Below are positions 1 through 9,203 of a stretch of DNA of 37,919 nt, piece after piece. Every line of letters starts with the position of its first letter. Within the stretch, counting starts at the first letter, position 1. Position numbers and translations under genes: made by a program. This DNA comes from a candidate division WOR-3 bacterium (GTDB lineage: Bacteria > SDB-A): positions 1 to 37,919 of the forward strand of contig JAFGSQ010000014.1 of assembly GCA_016934535.1 (NCBI GenBank). Direction: 5' to 3'. A model generated the notes under the pieces. That model was given only the letters and a program-made list of their open reading frames with translations. It was not told where the DNA came from and made no database searches.

Positions 1-851
1 GTTGAGAATTCTGTCTCTTCAGATTCCGGTTCTTCGACCGCTGCTAACACAGTTTTTTCGGCAATATCCTGCGGTTCTTCTTCCTTCGTATCCAAAGAAA
101 CATATTCAAGGCACTTGTCACACCAATATCTTCCGTATTCTTCAATAATCCTCAGCTTCGTACCACAGGCGGGGCATGAAACCTCGGCTTTTTTTCCCGT
201 TTCGGCGGCATAGGTTTCAGAAGAAATATCAGGTTTTGCTTTATCCGTTATGTATTCGAGACATTTGTCGCACCACATTTTTCCGTATTCTTCTATAAAC
301 CTCAGAGAAGAACCGCAATTGGGGCATCTCGATTCATCCGCCGCTTCATTTTGATAGTCTTGGCCCGCGACCAGGTTTTCTTCCTCTTCAGTGACGGCGT
401 TTATTGTCGTGTGCGGAACATCGGCTTCGTCTTGAATTTCGTTTACGGTATGATTTTCGGTATAAACCGATTTTTCAGATTTTCCGAAATTTTCGGGCAT
501 GTATTCCGCGCACATGTCGCACCAATATCTTTCGTACTCTTCAAAATACTGCAGGTCGTAATTGCATACCGGGCATTTAAGTTTTTTTTCAACGACTTCA
601 ATTTCTTCCTGAAGTGGGGTTTCTTCAGACGCGACTTCAGTGATTTCTTCGAGTATGGCCGCTTCGAGTTCTTTTCCGAAGCCAATTTCCATATATTTTG
701 CACATTTATCACACCAGAATCTGTCATAAGGTTCGATATATCTCAAACTTCCACCGCAGTCCGTGCATTTGAAGTCTTGTTTTACGGGATCTCCCGAATT
801 GGTGTCGTCAATATTTTTATCGTCAAAAGGTATATCAGATTCACCGAACAT
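1..851 (-). CDS. Acidic protein with at least 4 tandem C4 zinc-ribbon repeats (3' end runs off window; absent from ORF track)
   Basis: Manual translation: GGAGGT SD 4 nt before ATG at 851; frame open to base 1 (283 codons). MFGESDIPFDD...CTDCGGSLRYIEPYDRFWCDKCAKY...CPVCNYDLQYFEEYERYWCDMCAEY...CPNCGSSLRFIEEYGKMWCDKCLEY...CPACGTKLRIIEEYGRYWCDKCLEY, with Glu/Asp-rich linkers. Confidence 0.93.
   Translation of the reverse strand, partial: MFGESDIPFDDKNIDDTNSGDPVKQDFKCTDCGGSLRYIEPYDRFWCDKCAKYMEIGFGKELEAAILEEITEVASEETPLQEEIEVVEKKLKCPVCNYDLQYFEEYERYWCDMCAEYMPENFGKSEKSVYTENHTVNEIQDEADVPHTTINAVTEEEENLVAGQDYQNEAADESRCPNCGSSLRFIEEYGKMWCDKCLEYITDKAKPDISSETYAAETGKKAEVSCPACGTKLRIIEEYGRYWCDKCLEYVSLDTKEEEPQDIAEKTVLAAVEEPESEETEFS
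102..767 (-). repeat. Four intragenic 75-nt (25-aa) repeat units at 693-767, 501-575, 252-326 and 102-176
   Basis: Invariant spacing C-x2-C-x3-L-x5-Y-x3-W-C-D-x-C-x2-Y. Units 3 and 4 share the DNA word ttccgtattcttc (131-143 and 281-293). Confidence 0.9.
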
Positions 852-885
852 CTATACCTCCGTCAAGGTAGGAATAACGTTTCAA

Positions 886-934
886 TTGCATATTTTTAAT
901 TATTAATATATACTGACGTCAATTTAATTGTCAA
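886..934. promoter_or_regulatory. Overlapping divergent sigma70-type promoters
   Basis: Plus: TTGCAT(886-891)-N17-TATACT(909-914). Minus: TTGACA(934-929)-N18-TATATT(910-905). Confidence 0.6.
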
Positions 935-944
935 GAAAATAACC

Positions 945-1643
945 ATGAACACTGAAGAGATAATAAGATATATATCTGAAAATCCTAAAAAAACCCCTGC
1001 CAAAGCCTACGTCAGGGGATTCGTTACTGATCCTGAAAACGGAAGTATCAAAATTTTCGGTGAAGGCAATTTCTGGATTTTGATTGGAGACAACAATGAA
1101 GTCGTCAAAATTTTGAACGATAACAAAAACACTGTAATTGACAGCTATATCGAGATTTCCGCCAGAAACTCAGCCGTACCACTTGTCGATTTGACTAAAT
1201 TCAATGCCAGAATCGAACCGGGAGCGATAATAAGGGAATTGACTGACATCGGAGACCAGGCAGTGATAATGATGGGCGCGGTGATAAACATCGGAGCCTC
1301 GATAGGCTGTAAAACCATGATAGACATGAACGCGGTTATAGGGGCAAGAGCCGTCATCGGCCGGGACTGCCACATCGGCGCCGGAGCAGTCATAGCCGGT
1401 GTCATTGAACCTCCATCCTCAAAATCTGTCGTCATAAGAGACAACGTTCTCGTGGGTGCCAACGCTGTTATCCTGGAAGGGATAGAGGTCGGAGAAAAAG
1501 CCATAGTCGCCGCGGGCGCAGTCGTTATAGACAACATCCCTCCGAACGAAGTATGGGCCGGTGTTCCCGCGAGATTTGTCAAAACTGTTGACGCCAAAAC
1601 AATAGAGAAATCCAGGATAGTCGATGCTCTGAGAAATCTCTGA
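945..1643 (+). CDS. dapH: 2,3,4,5-tetrahydropyridine-2,6-dicarboxylate N-acetyltransferase
   Basis: DapH-type N-terminus (EEIIRYIS..KKTPAKAYV), RNSAVPL..ARIEPGAIIRE, hexapeptide repeats, AGVIEPPS. Confidence 0.92.
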   Translation: MNTEEIIRYISENPKKTPAKAYVRGFVTDPENGSIKIFGEGNFWILIGDNNEVVKILNDNKNTVIDSYIEISARNSAVPLVDLTKFNARIEPGAIIRELTDIGDQAVIMMGAVINIGASIGCKTMIDMNAVIGARAVIGRDCHIGAGAVIAGVIEPPSSKSVVIRDNVLVGANAVILEGIEVGEKAIVAAGAVVIDNIPPNEVWAGVPARFVKTVDAKTIEKSRIVDALRNL

Positions 1644-2806
1644 TGTCTTTTCTCATCCCGCTTTATAAACCTTTTGACATGAAATTATCTCGTGCCAAGG
1701 GATCTTATGTATTCGACGAAAAAGGGAAAGCCTATCTCGACTCTTTTTCAGGAATCGGCGTCAATATTTTCGGACATTGTGACGAAGGCATAACAAGAGC
1801 GATTACTTCCAAGCTTAAAAAACACAGCCACATATCCAATCTTTTGTATGACGAAGACACCGAAAAAGCCGCCGAAATACTCGCAAAAAAAATTGACGCT
1901 TCTTCAAAAGTAATTTTTTCGAATTCCGGGACGGAAGCGGTCGAAGCGGTTTTGAAAATACTTAAAAAAGATAATCCTGAAAAAATCATTGTTTCTTTCA
2001 CGGGAAGTTTTCACGGAAGAACAACCGGAGGAATGTCTCTGACTGGAATCGAAACTTACCGAATAAAATTCCAGCCCCTTTTACCCGGGATCAAGATACT
2101 GCCTTTCAACGATGCCTCGTCTTTCAAAACATTCACCGCTGAAAACAGAAAAATAATCTCCGGAATTTTTCTCGAACCGGTTCAGGGTTCAGGCGGAATT
2201 ATACCTTTGGAGGACGATTTTGCTTCGGAGATTTCCCGGGCTCAAAATAATTACGGCATAGCTGTAGTTGCTGACGAAATTCAGTGCGGACTTGGCAGAA
2301 CGGGAAAATTTTTCGCTTTCGAGAATTTTCAACTTTCACCCGATATAGTGATTGTGGGAAAAGCTCTGGGAGGCGGATTGCCTTTGGGCGCTGTCATCGC
2401 AAAAGGAAAATTTGCGGAAATATTGAAACCTGGAGACCACGGCTCGACATTCGCTCCAAATCCTGTCGCGATTTCAGCCTGCCTGGAAGTCCTGGGGCGC
2501 TTGAATCAGGACGTTTTAACAAACAACAAAATTAAAGGGAATCATTTTTTCAGATCACTTGGATCAGAGCTCGGGGATAAAGCAGTCATAAGAGGCAGAG
2601 GATTGATGATAGGCGTAGAAACTGGAAAAGACGCGCAAATTGTCAAGGATTACTGTTTTAGAAATAATGTTCTCATCAACGCTTTAGGAAACAGAATCAT
2701 AAGACTTCTTCCTCCGTATATAATAACCGAAAAAGAGATACTCGATATATGTCAGCGCCTGTCAGAAGGGATTGCTTCGGCTCCTCTTTTTCAACTGAAG
2801 TCATGA
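1643..2806 (+). CDS. argD: Class III PLP aminotransferase (ArgD-like; acetylornithine or N-acetyl-diaminopimelate aminotransferase)
   Basis: NSGTEAVE, SFHGRT, EPVQG, DEIQCGLGRTG, PDIVIVGKALGGG (PLP Lys), HGSTF. TGATG overlap with dapH. Confidence 0.75.
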   Translation: MSFLIPLYKPFDMKLSRAKGSYVFDEKGKAYLDSFSGIGVNIFGHCDEGITRAITSKLKKHSHISNLLYDEDTEKAAEILAKKIDASSKVIFSNSGTEAVEAVLKILKKDNPEKIIVSFTGSFHGRTTGGMSLTGIETYRIKFQPLLPGIKILPFNDASSFKTFTAENRKIISGIFLEPVQGSGGIIPLEDDFASEISRAQNNYGIAVVADEIQCGLGRTGKFFAFENFQLSPDIVIVGKALGGGLPLGAVIAKGKFAEILKPGDHGSTFAPNPVAISACLEVLGRLNQDVLTNNKIKGNHFFRSLGSELGDKAVIRGRGLMIGVETGKDAQIVKDYCFRNNVLINALGNRIIRLLPPYIITEKEILDICQRLSEGIASAPLFQLKS

Positions 2807-4107
2807 AAAAAATTCAAGATCCGAGAGAACTGGCTCTCTGTTTCCTGAAAGAGTCATCCACGCAGAATATAGGCAAAAGAATGCAGACAAGTAAAAACCT
2901 TTCTTCTCTTGAAAAAAGAGACTCCTCATTTTGCAATAACCTTGTTCACGAGACTCTGCGGAATCTACTGTTCATAGACTCTTCACTGTCGAAACATGTT
3001 TCAGGCCTGACAAAACTCCCCGAGGACATCGCCTGGATATTAAGAATCGGAACCGCACAGTTGTTTTACTTCACTTCGGTTCCCGATTACGCTGCCATTG
3101 ACACTTCCGTTGAACTTGCAAAAAAATACGGCAATAAAAGATTTTCGGGGCTTGTCAATGCAGTCCTCAGAAAAGTTTCACTTGAAGAAAGGCGTGCTCC
3201 TTCGGGAAAATATCCAGCGTCCCTCTCCATAAAGCACTCAGTCCCGCAATGGCTGATAGAAAAGTGGTCAAAGAATTTCGGCAAAAAAAGAACTGTCGGC
3301 ATCTTGGAATTCTTCTTTGACAAACGGCCCATATGCTTCAGAACGGTGATTCCCTCCGGCAGAGAGAGCCTAATAGCCGAGATCAACGGAGAAGGATTTA
3401 AAACTGAAAATTCCGTTTATTCTGAAAGCGCTTTCTACTCATCTTCTTCTTTGATTTCGAGCCGTTTTTTCAGCGAGGGACAAATTACTGTTCAGGATGA
3501 AAGCTCAATTCTGACCGGGGAGATTTACGATATACCCGATACCGATGTCTGCATAGATCTTTGCGCGGCGCCAGGAGGAAAAACCCTTATATTAGCCAAA
3601 AAATCCTCTTTTACCGTCGCGTGTGACATAAAACTGTCAAAAATGAAAATGATAACGGAAAACAAGACCAGACTGGGTCTTTCAAATCATATTTCAATGT
3701 GCGTGTCGGATGCCTTGTTTCCGCCGTTTTCAGAATGCTCGGCCGATTTGGTGATCGCCGACGTCCCATGCAGCGGAACAGGCACTCTTCATAAAAACCC
3801 TGATTTGAAACTCAAACTGAAAAAAAACTATATCGAATCCAAAACTTTGCTTCAATTAAAAATACTGAAAAAAGGTTCTGAACTGGTTAAAAAAGGAGGA
3901 TTCATCCTTTACTCGACCTGTTCGATTGAAAAAGAAGAAAATTCCGGCGTCGTTTTATCTTTTTTAAAAGATCACAAAAATTTCAAAACTGTTTATCCAA
4001 AGCCTGGCTATGAATCCTTTACAGACAAAAACGGCTTTGCCTGTTTTTTCCCCGATCTTCACCGCATGGGAGGCGCCTTCGCCGCTCTTTTGAAAAAAAT
4101 AAACTGA
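2803..4107 (+). CDS. rsmB: 16S rRNA m5C967 methyltransferase (RsmB/Sun) with NusB-like N-domain
   Basis: VPDYAAIDTSVELAK..LVNAVLR, VQDESS, DLCAAPGGKT, DVPCSGTG, YSTCS. Start moved to ATG 2803 (ATGA overlap with upstream stop). Confidence 0.88.
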   Translation: MKKIQDPRELALCFLKESSTQNIGKRMQTSKNLSSLEKRDSSFCNNLVHETLRNLLFIDSSLSKHVSGLTKLPEDIAWILRIGTAQLFYFTSVPDYAAIDTSVELAKKYGNKRFSGLVNAVLRKVSLEERRAPSGKYPASLSIKHSVPQWLIEKWSKNFGKKRTVGILEFFFDKRPICFRTVIPSGRESLIAEINGEGFKTENSVYSESAFYSSSSLISSRFFSEGQITVQDESSILTGEIYDIPDTDVCIDLCAAPGGKTLILAKKSSFTVACDIKLSKMKMITENKTRLGLSNHISMCVSDALFPPFSECSADLVIADVPCSGTGTLHKNPDLKLKLKKNYIESKTLLQLKILKKGSELVKKGGFILYSTCSIEKEENSGVVLSFLKDHKNFKTVYPKPGYESFTDKNGFACFFPDLHRMGGAFAALLKKIN

Positions 4108-4110
4108 ACG

Positions 4111-4140
4111 TTGACTTTTGAATGCAGTAATATTTAACTT
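4111..4140 (+). promoter_or_regulatory. Possible internal promoter for ahcY
   Basis: TTGACT(4111-4116)-N18-TAACTT(4135-4140), followed by AGGAG SD. Confidence 0.4.
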
Positions 4141-4158
4141 TCATAAAAAGGAGAATCC

Positions 4159-5568
4159 ATGAAACACGACGAAGTTAAATTCAAGATAGCAGACCCTTCG
4201 CTGGCCACCTGGGGCAGAAAAGAAATATATTTGGCAGAAAAGGAAATGCCGGGCTTGATGGCATTGAGGCAAAAATACGGTCCTGCAAAACCCCTTTCCG
4301 GAGCAAAGATATCCGGTTCACTTCACATGACTCTTCAAACAGCTGTCTTGATCGAAACTCTAATCGAATTAGGCGCCGACGTGAGATGGGCCAGTTGTAA
4401 CATCTTTTCGACACAGGATCATGCCGCGGCTGCTGTCGCCGCAAAAGGCGTTCCGGTTTTTGCCTGGAAGGGAGAAACTCTTGAAGAATACTGGTGGTGC
4501 ACGGAACGCGCGCTTTCATTTCCTGACAAAGCGTCCCCTGACCTGATAATAGATGACGGTGGCGACGCCACCCTGATGATCCATCTCGGTTACAATGCCG
4601 AAAATGATCCCGGCATACTCGATGAAAAGTCTCAATCCGACGACGAAAAGCGGCTAAAAGAACGCCTGAAAATCATACTTAAAGAGGATCCCGAAAAATG
4701 GCACAGAACAGCCTCTTCGGTCAAGGGGGTGTCGGAAGAGACGACGACCGGAGTTCAGAGACTTTACAAAATGCATAAAGAAAACAAACTGCTGTTCCCG
4801 GCCATCAACGTCAACGACTCGGTCACAAAATCCAAATTCGACAATATTTACGGATGCCGGGAATCGCTCGTAGACGGAATAAAACGCGCGACGGGTGTTA
4901 TGATTGCAGGGAAAACAGCAGTAGTCTGCGGATACGGAGACGTGGGAAAAGGCTCGGCGAAAGCTTTAAAAAACTATTGCGCCAAAGTCTTCGTCACTGA
5001 AATCGATCCCATATGTGCTCTGCAGGCGGCCATGGAAGGTTTCGAAGTAAAAACCCTGGAAGAAGTCATATCCCGAGCTGACATTATAGTCAGCGCGACA
5101 GGTAACAGGGACGTAATAACCCTGGAGCATATGCTTGCCATGAAAGACCACGTTATCGTATGCAACATAGGTCACTTCGACAATGAGATCCAGGTCGGCA
5201 GACTCATCTCTTTCAACGGTATCAAAAGGACGACTGTAAAACCTCAGGTTGACCTTTTTACTTTTCCCGACGGGCATTCTATAATACTCCTCGCCGAAGG
5301 GCGACTTGTCAATCTCGGATGCGCCGCCGGACATCCTTCTTTCGTCATGAGCAATTCATTCGCCAATCAGATTCTGGCGCAAATTGAACTTTACACGAAA
5401 AAACATTCAACTGGTGTATTCGTACTCCCCAAAAAACTGGACGAGGAAGTTGCGAGGCTTCACCTTGAAAACCTGGGCGTCTCTTTGACCGAGCTGACCC
5501 CGGAACAGGCGTCTTATATTGGAGTTTCGACGGATGGCCCATTCAAACCTGAAAGTTACCGCTACTGA
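4159..5568 (+). CDS. ahcY: Adenosylhomocysteinase (long form with catalytic-domain insertion)
   Basis: [56 protein letters not shown]-terminal YRY. Confidence 0.98.
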   Translation: MKHDEVKFKIADPSLATWGRKEIYLAEKEMPGLMALRQKYGPAKPLSGAKISGSLHMTLQTAVLIETLIELGADVRWASCNIFSTQDHAAAAVAAKGVPVFAWKGETLEEYWWCTERALSFPDKASPDLIIDDGGDATLMIHLGYNAENDPGILDEKSQSDDEKRLKERLKIILKEDPEKWHRTASSVKGVSEETTTGVQRLYKMHKENKLLFPAINVNDSVTKSKFDNIYGCRESLVDGIKRATGVMIAGKTAVVCGYGDVGKGSAKALKNYCAKVFVTEIDPICALQAAMEGFEVKTLEEVISRADIIVSATGNRDVITLEHMLAMKDHVIVCNIGHFDNEIQVGRLISFNGIKRTTVKPQVDLFTFPDGHSIILLAEGRLVNLGCAAGHPSFVMSNSFANQILAQIELYTKKHSTGVFVLPKKLDEEVARLHLENLGVSLTELTPEQASYIGVSTDGPFKPESYRY

Positions 5569-5596
5569 GAAAAACGACAGTTAATCCGGATTAATA

Positions 5597-6595
5597 GTGA
5601 AAAAACGCCTAAAATCAAAATTAAAACTGTTTTTTGCCGTGACACTTCTTTCTTCAGTTGCCGCGGTGTCATCTTTCTGGTTTTTTTTTCACGGCAAGAC
5701 TTTTAAACTTTCCGGAAAAGAGAACGGAATTTGGCTGGCTCATCATTGGGTCGAAAACAAACCGGACGAAATGAAAATCAAGAATCTGGCTGAAAATCTT
5801 AAAAATTCCGGCGTGATGCACGTTTTCCAGCACGCCGGGCCTCTGGACTCAACCGGCAGGATTCATCCTTCCAAATACGCCTATTCCCTTGAATTCATTT
5901 ATTTACTTAAAAAACATCATCCTGAAATAATATCAGTACAAGCCTGGATCGGTCAGATCGAGAAAAGAGGGGGAGGCACGCTCGACATCACTTCTGTCGA
6001 AATAAGAAGAAACATCGCAAGGACCGCTTCAGAGTTAATCAATGCGGGTTTCGACGGAATACACATCGACATAGAACCGATTTTCGACGGTGACTCTTCT
6101 TTTTTACTGCTTCTGGACGAAATAAGAGAAACTCTCGGCGGCAGAATTCTAATAACCTGCGCTACGCCTAAAATCTCTCTGGGAAAACTTTTCGGGGAAA
6201 GCTTGAAATTGTTTTTTTCCGTAAAAGGTTTGTGGAGCGAAGAGTATTACAGGAACATCTCCGAAAAAAGCGATTTCACAGTCGCCATGCTCTATGACAC
6301 GCGAATAAAGAATCCCCAGATTTACACCCTTTTCATATCTCTAGAAGTGGAAAAACTTACAAAAACTGTAAAAAAACCGATCATGATCGGAATACCAAGT
6401 TACGAAGATATAAAACCTTCTTTCAATCCTGAAATCGAAAACGTTGGATCCGCTCTCGACGCAGTCTTTACAGGTCTTAAATACTGTGACAGAAGCAAGT
6501 ACCGGGGATTTTCCATATACGCCGACTGGACAATGGATGAGGAAGAATGGAACATAATTAAAGAACACGTCGAATCGGAGAAACTGTATGAATGA
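5597..6595 (+). CDS. Membrane-anchored GH18-like (chitinase-fold) glycoside hydrolase
   Basis: GTG start, basic N-terminus plus hydrophobic helix, GFDGIHIDIEP (DxE catalytic motif), MLYD motif. Confidence 0.65.
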   Translation: MKKRLKSKLKLFFAVTLLSSVAAVSSFWFFFHGKTFKLSGKENGIWLAHHWVENKPDEMKIKNLAENLKNSGVMHVFQHAGPLDSTGRIHPSKYAYSLEFIYLLKKHHPEIISVQAWIGQIEKRGGGTLDITSVEIRRNIARTASELINAGFDGIHIDIEPIFDGDSSFLLLLDEIRETLGGRILITCATPKISLGKLFGESLKLFFSVKGLWSEEYYRNISEKSDFTVAMLYDTRIKNPQIYTLFISLEVEKLTKTVKKPIMIGIPSYEDIKPSFNPEIENVGSALDAVFTGLKYCDRSKYRGFSIYADWTMDEEEWNIIKEHVESEKLYE

Positions 6596-7106
6596 CTTGA
6601 CCGTTAAAAGAGGAGACGGGATCAGAAGAGATCACAAGAGAATAGACTTAACCGTGATACTCGACAACTTAAGAAGCGCGAGAAACGTCGGCGCAATATT
6701 CAGAACTTGCGATGCCGTCGGTGCCGGTGAACTGGTTCTTTGCGGGACTACCGCTATTCCTCCGCACGACGGAATTTCCATGACAGCCATGGGATCTGAA
6801 AATTTCGTCAAATGGTCCTATTCATGTTATACCGTGGAAGCAGTCAGAAAAATGAAACGCGACCAAAGACACATAATAACTCTTGAAACGACGACTTCGA
6901 GCAAATGTCTCTGGGACGCCGATTACCCCGACGGTTCGGTTCTTGTGATCGGCAATGAAGCTCTCGGGATATCGGAAGAGATAATCAAGATGTCAGACGA
7001 AATAATTGACATCCCGATGATGGGATATAAAAACTCGCTCAACGTCGCTTCGGCTTTTTCGGTCATTGCATACGAAATTCTCAGACGCCGCAGAGCGGAA
7101 TTGTGA
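6588..7106 (+). CDS. SpoU/TrmH-family (SPOUT) RNA 2'-O-methyltransferase
   Basis: ILDNLRSARNVGAIFRT, VIGNEALGIS, IPMMGYKNSLNVA. Confidence 0.9.
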   Translation: MNDLTVKRGDGIRRDHKRIDLTVILDNLRSARNVGAIFRTCDAVGAGELVLCGTTAIPPHDGISMTAMGSENFVKWSYSCYTVEAVRKMKRDQRHIITLETTTSSKCLWDADYPDGSVLVIGNEALGISEEIIKMSDEIIDIPMMGYKNSLNVASAFSVIAYEILRRRRAEL

Positions 7107-7119
7107 ATAAAAAGGACCG

Positions 7120-7151
7120 GTCGGATTTTTAACCTGAAAAATCCGGCTTTT
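7120..7151 (+). terminator. Intrinsic terminator between convergent SpoU gene and rqcH
   Basis: GTCGGATTTTT-loop-AAAAATCCGGC stem (one G:U pair) followed by TTTT. Confidence 0.55.
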
Positions 7152-8586
7152 CAGACAAAGGTCTGACAAACACGATTTTTTCCCTGTCGAGAACGACAAG
7201 CCCTTTTGGAGATTTCCTCGGTTTCCTTACATATTTCTTAAGAGTGTACTGGACCGGAACCAGAGAAGAAAATCTCGCGGAAGAAAAACCTGCGGCTATG
7301 GATGCTGCAAATTCTATGTCTTTTTTGTGAGCTTCTTTTTTACCCTCCAAAAACAGTATTACGTGAGAACCTTTCGCGTCTTTTACGTGGAAGAACATAT
7401 CCTTTTGGCAGGCTATTTTCATAGTGAGCCTGTCCGCGTCTTCAGCGCTTTTCGAAACGGCAACAAGTTTCCCAGTCGGAGTCGTGAAAGTTCTGTATTT
7501 TGAGAGAGGATCGGCTAATTTTACTTTACTTTTTTCATTTTCCTCTTCAGTATGCAGGGTATCATTTTCTTTTTCCATCTGTTCCCTTATCTCGAAAAGT
7601 TTTTTTTCAACTGCCGCTTTTCTTTTCAGATTTTTCCTGTAAAGAGTGAAAAGATTTTCAATTATTTCACCTTTGTTCCTCCCTGAAAATTTTCTGTAAA
7701 TTTCATTCAATCTTTTGTCTTCGGGAAATATCGAACCGAGCTCTTTTTCATCCGACGATTTAATTTTTTCTCCGAAGAGAAGAATGTTTTCCGGGGGCAC
7801 TATCGCCTCAAGTGATTTTAAGGCGGCTTTTTCGGACTTTTTATACTTGTCAAAAGTTTTTTCAGACCTGGTTTTGTTCTTAACTTCGGAAGAGGTTCCA
7901 GAAATTTCATCAATTATCTTCAACGGGGATGAAACGACTAAATCGTCGGATTTGATGCACGGGATGACATAAAAGCCTTCTTCGTAAGCTATCATGGACA
8001 ACTGCGAGGAATCCAAGATCGTCGGCTTTTCAAGTAAATCTCTTGTTTTTTGCTCCATCTTCATCAGGATTGCCGAGACAGATATCCACTCTTTAAAATT
8101 CCGCGGTTGTATGTCATTTGGAAATGGCGGTTCATAAATGTCTCCAACTCGAAGATTGCGGCGCTCTGAAAGTGATTTCCTGAAATGCCTGACTATCCTC
8201 CCGTCATCACCTTTTGTCAAAAAAGCGTTGGGAAAACCTCCGAAGAACTCAAGCCAGACATTCCATTTCTTTGTTCCTCCGAAACCGCCGTCCGTGGAAA
8301 CTTCAAGGCACAACAGTCTGTCTTTGCCAACCTGACGGGACGAAATGATAGTTCCGTTCTTCAAAGCCTGAAGCCATCCGAAGGCTTTTTCTTTTTTTAA
8401 CTCCGCCGAAGAATCGAACGAACACCAGCAGAATCTCGGAAGAAGAAATACGTCGATAGTTCCTTTTCCGGTTAAAAACGAAATTCCACCTGAAAAAAAG
8501 TCAACTGACTTTATTGTTTCTTCCACATAATGTTCGAGGATTTTCGAAATTAAAAAAAAAGAATATCCGTCACTTTTCAGTTTCAC
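7129..8586 (-). CDS. rqcH: RqcH/FbpA (NFACT) ribosome quality-control protein
   Basis: NFACT-N motifs (GKDRLL, LEFFGGFPNAFL, YEPP), coiled-coil middle, NFACT-R domain (FFHVKDAKGSHV, VQYTLKKYVRKPR). GTG start. Confidence 0.82.
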   Translation of the reverse strand: MKLKSDGYSFFLISKILEHYVEETIKSVDFFSGGISFLTGKGTIDVFLLPRFCWCSFDSSAELKKEKAFGWLQALKNGTIISSRQVGKDRLLCLEVSTDGGFGGTKKWNVWLEFFGGFPNAFLTKGDDGRIVRHFRKSLSERRNLRVGDIYEPPFPNDIQPRNFKEWISVSAILMKMEQKTRDLLEKPTILDSSQLSMIAYEEGFYVIPCIKSDDLVVSSPLKIIDEISGTSSEVKNKTRSEKTFDKYKKSEKAALKSLEAIVPPENILLFGEKIKSSDEKELGSIFPEDKRLNEIYRKFSGRNKGEIIENLFTLYRKNLKRKAAVEKKLFEIREQMEKENDTLHTEEENEKSKVKLADPLSKYRTFTTPTGKLVAVSKSAEDADRLTMKIACQKDMFFHVKDAKGSHVILFLEGKKEAHKKDIEFAASIAAGFSSARFSSLVPVQYTLKKYVRKPRKSPKGLVVLDREKIVFVRPLSEKPDFSG

Positions 8587-8630
8587 TTAAGCAAATCCGT
8601 ATATTCAGGTGTTAATAATCCAAAGAATAA

Positions 8631-9197
8631 TTATTTACTGATCCTCTCCATGTATTCATCCGTACGAGTGTCTATTCTAACCAAGTCTCCAGTATTTATG
8701 AAAAGAGGAACGGTAATTTTAACGCCGCCTTCAACTTTAGCCGGTTTCGAACCTGCGGTTGCGGTATCCCCCTTGAAACCAGGTTCGGTTTCAACAATCT
8801 TCAACTCAACGAAAAACGGTATCTCAGTATCAACTATCTTTCCTTCAGCGTACAGAAGATCGCATTCCATATTTTCCTTAAGCCATTTAGCTTTGTCTCC
8901 CATTATTTTTATGTCTACTGCAATCTGTTCGAAATTCTCGGTGTCCATGAACCAAAAAGTTCCGTTCTCGGGGTAAAGATACTGATACTTTCTTCTTTCA
9001 AGTCTGATGACATCGAATTTATCGTTGTCTCTCAAAGTTTCTTCGACGATTTGCCCGGTTTCCATGTTTTTCAGTTTTGCTCTGGCGAATGCGCCTCCTT
9101 TTCCGGGCTTTACATGCTGGTAATCAACTATTTTGAATATTCGCTCATCGTATTTAATAGTGACATTTTTCCCAATGTCGGAAAGAGATGCCATCAA
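8631..9197 (-). CDS. efp: Translation elongation factor P
   Basis: HVKPGKGGAF, YQYLY, FMDTENFEQ, PGFKGDTA, VPLFINTGD..IDTRT. Confidence 0.97.
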   Translation of the reverse strand: MMASLSDIGKNVTIKYDERIFKIVDYQHVKPGKGGAFARAKLKNMETGQIVEETLRDNDKFDVIRLERRKYQYLYPENGTFWFMDTENFEQIAVDIKIMGDKAKWLKENMECDLLYAEGKIVDTEIPFFVELKIVETEPGFKGDTATAGSKPAKVEGGVKITVPLFINTGDLVRIDTRTDEYMERISK

Positions 9198-9203
9198 TCC
9201 TCC

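Noticed and set aside
102-767. Repeats considered as a CRISPR array or DGR template/variable pair
   Set aside because: Conservation is at protein level and in frame, spacing is irregular, and there is no cas or reverse transcriptase gene.
351-899. 182-aa plus-strand ORF and the 443..727 minus-strand ORF
   Set aside because: Antisense and alternative-frame shadows of the zinc-ribbon gene, which has an SD and coherent repeats.
2749-2802. Track N-terminal extensions of rsmB (also 22653-22766, 29855-29920, 34053-34076)
   Set aside because: They overlap neighbouring genes. Downstream starts have SDs or stop/start overlaps and fit family N-termini.
4108-4158. SAH/SAM riboswitch before ahcY
   Set aside because: Only about 50 nt, AT-rich, unstructured, and occupied by promoter and SD.
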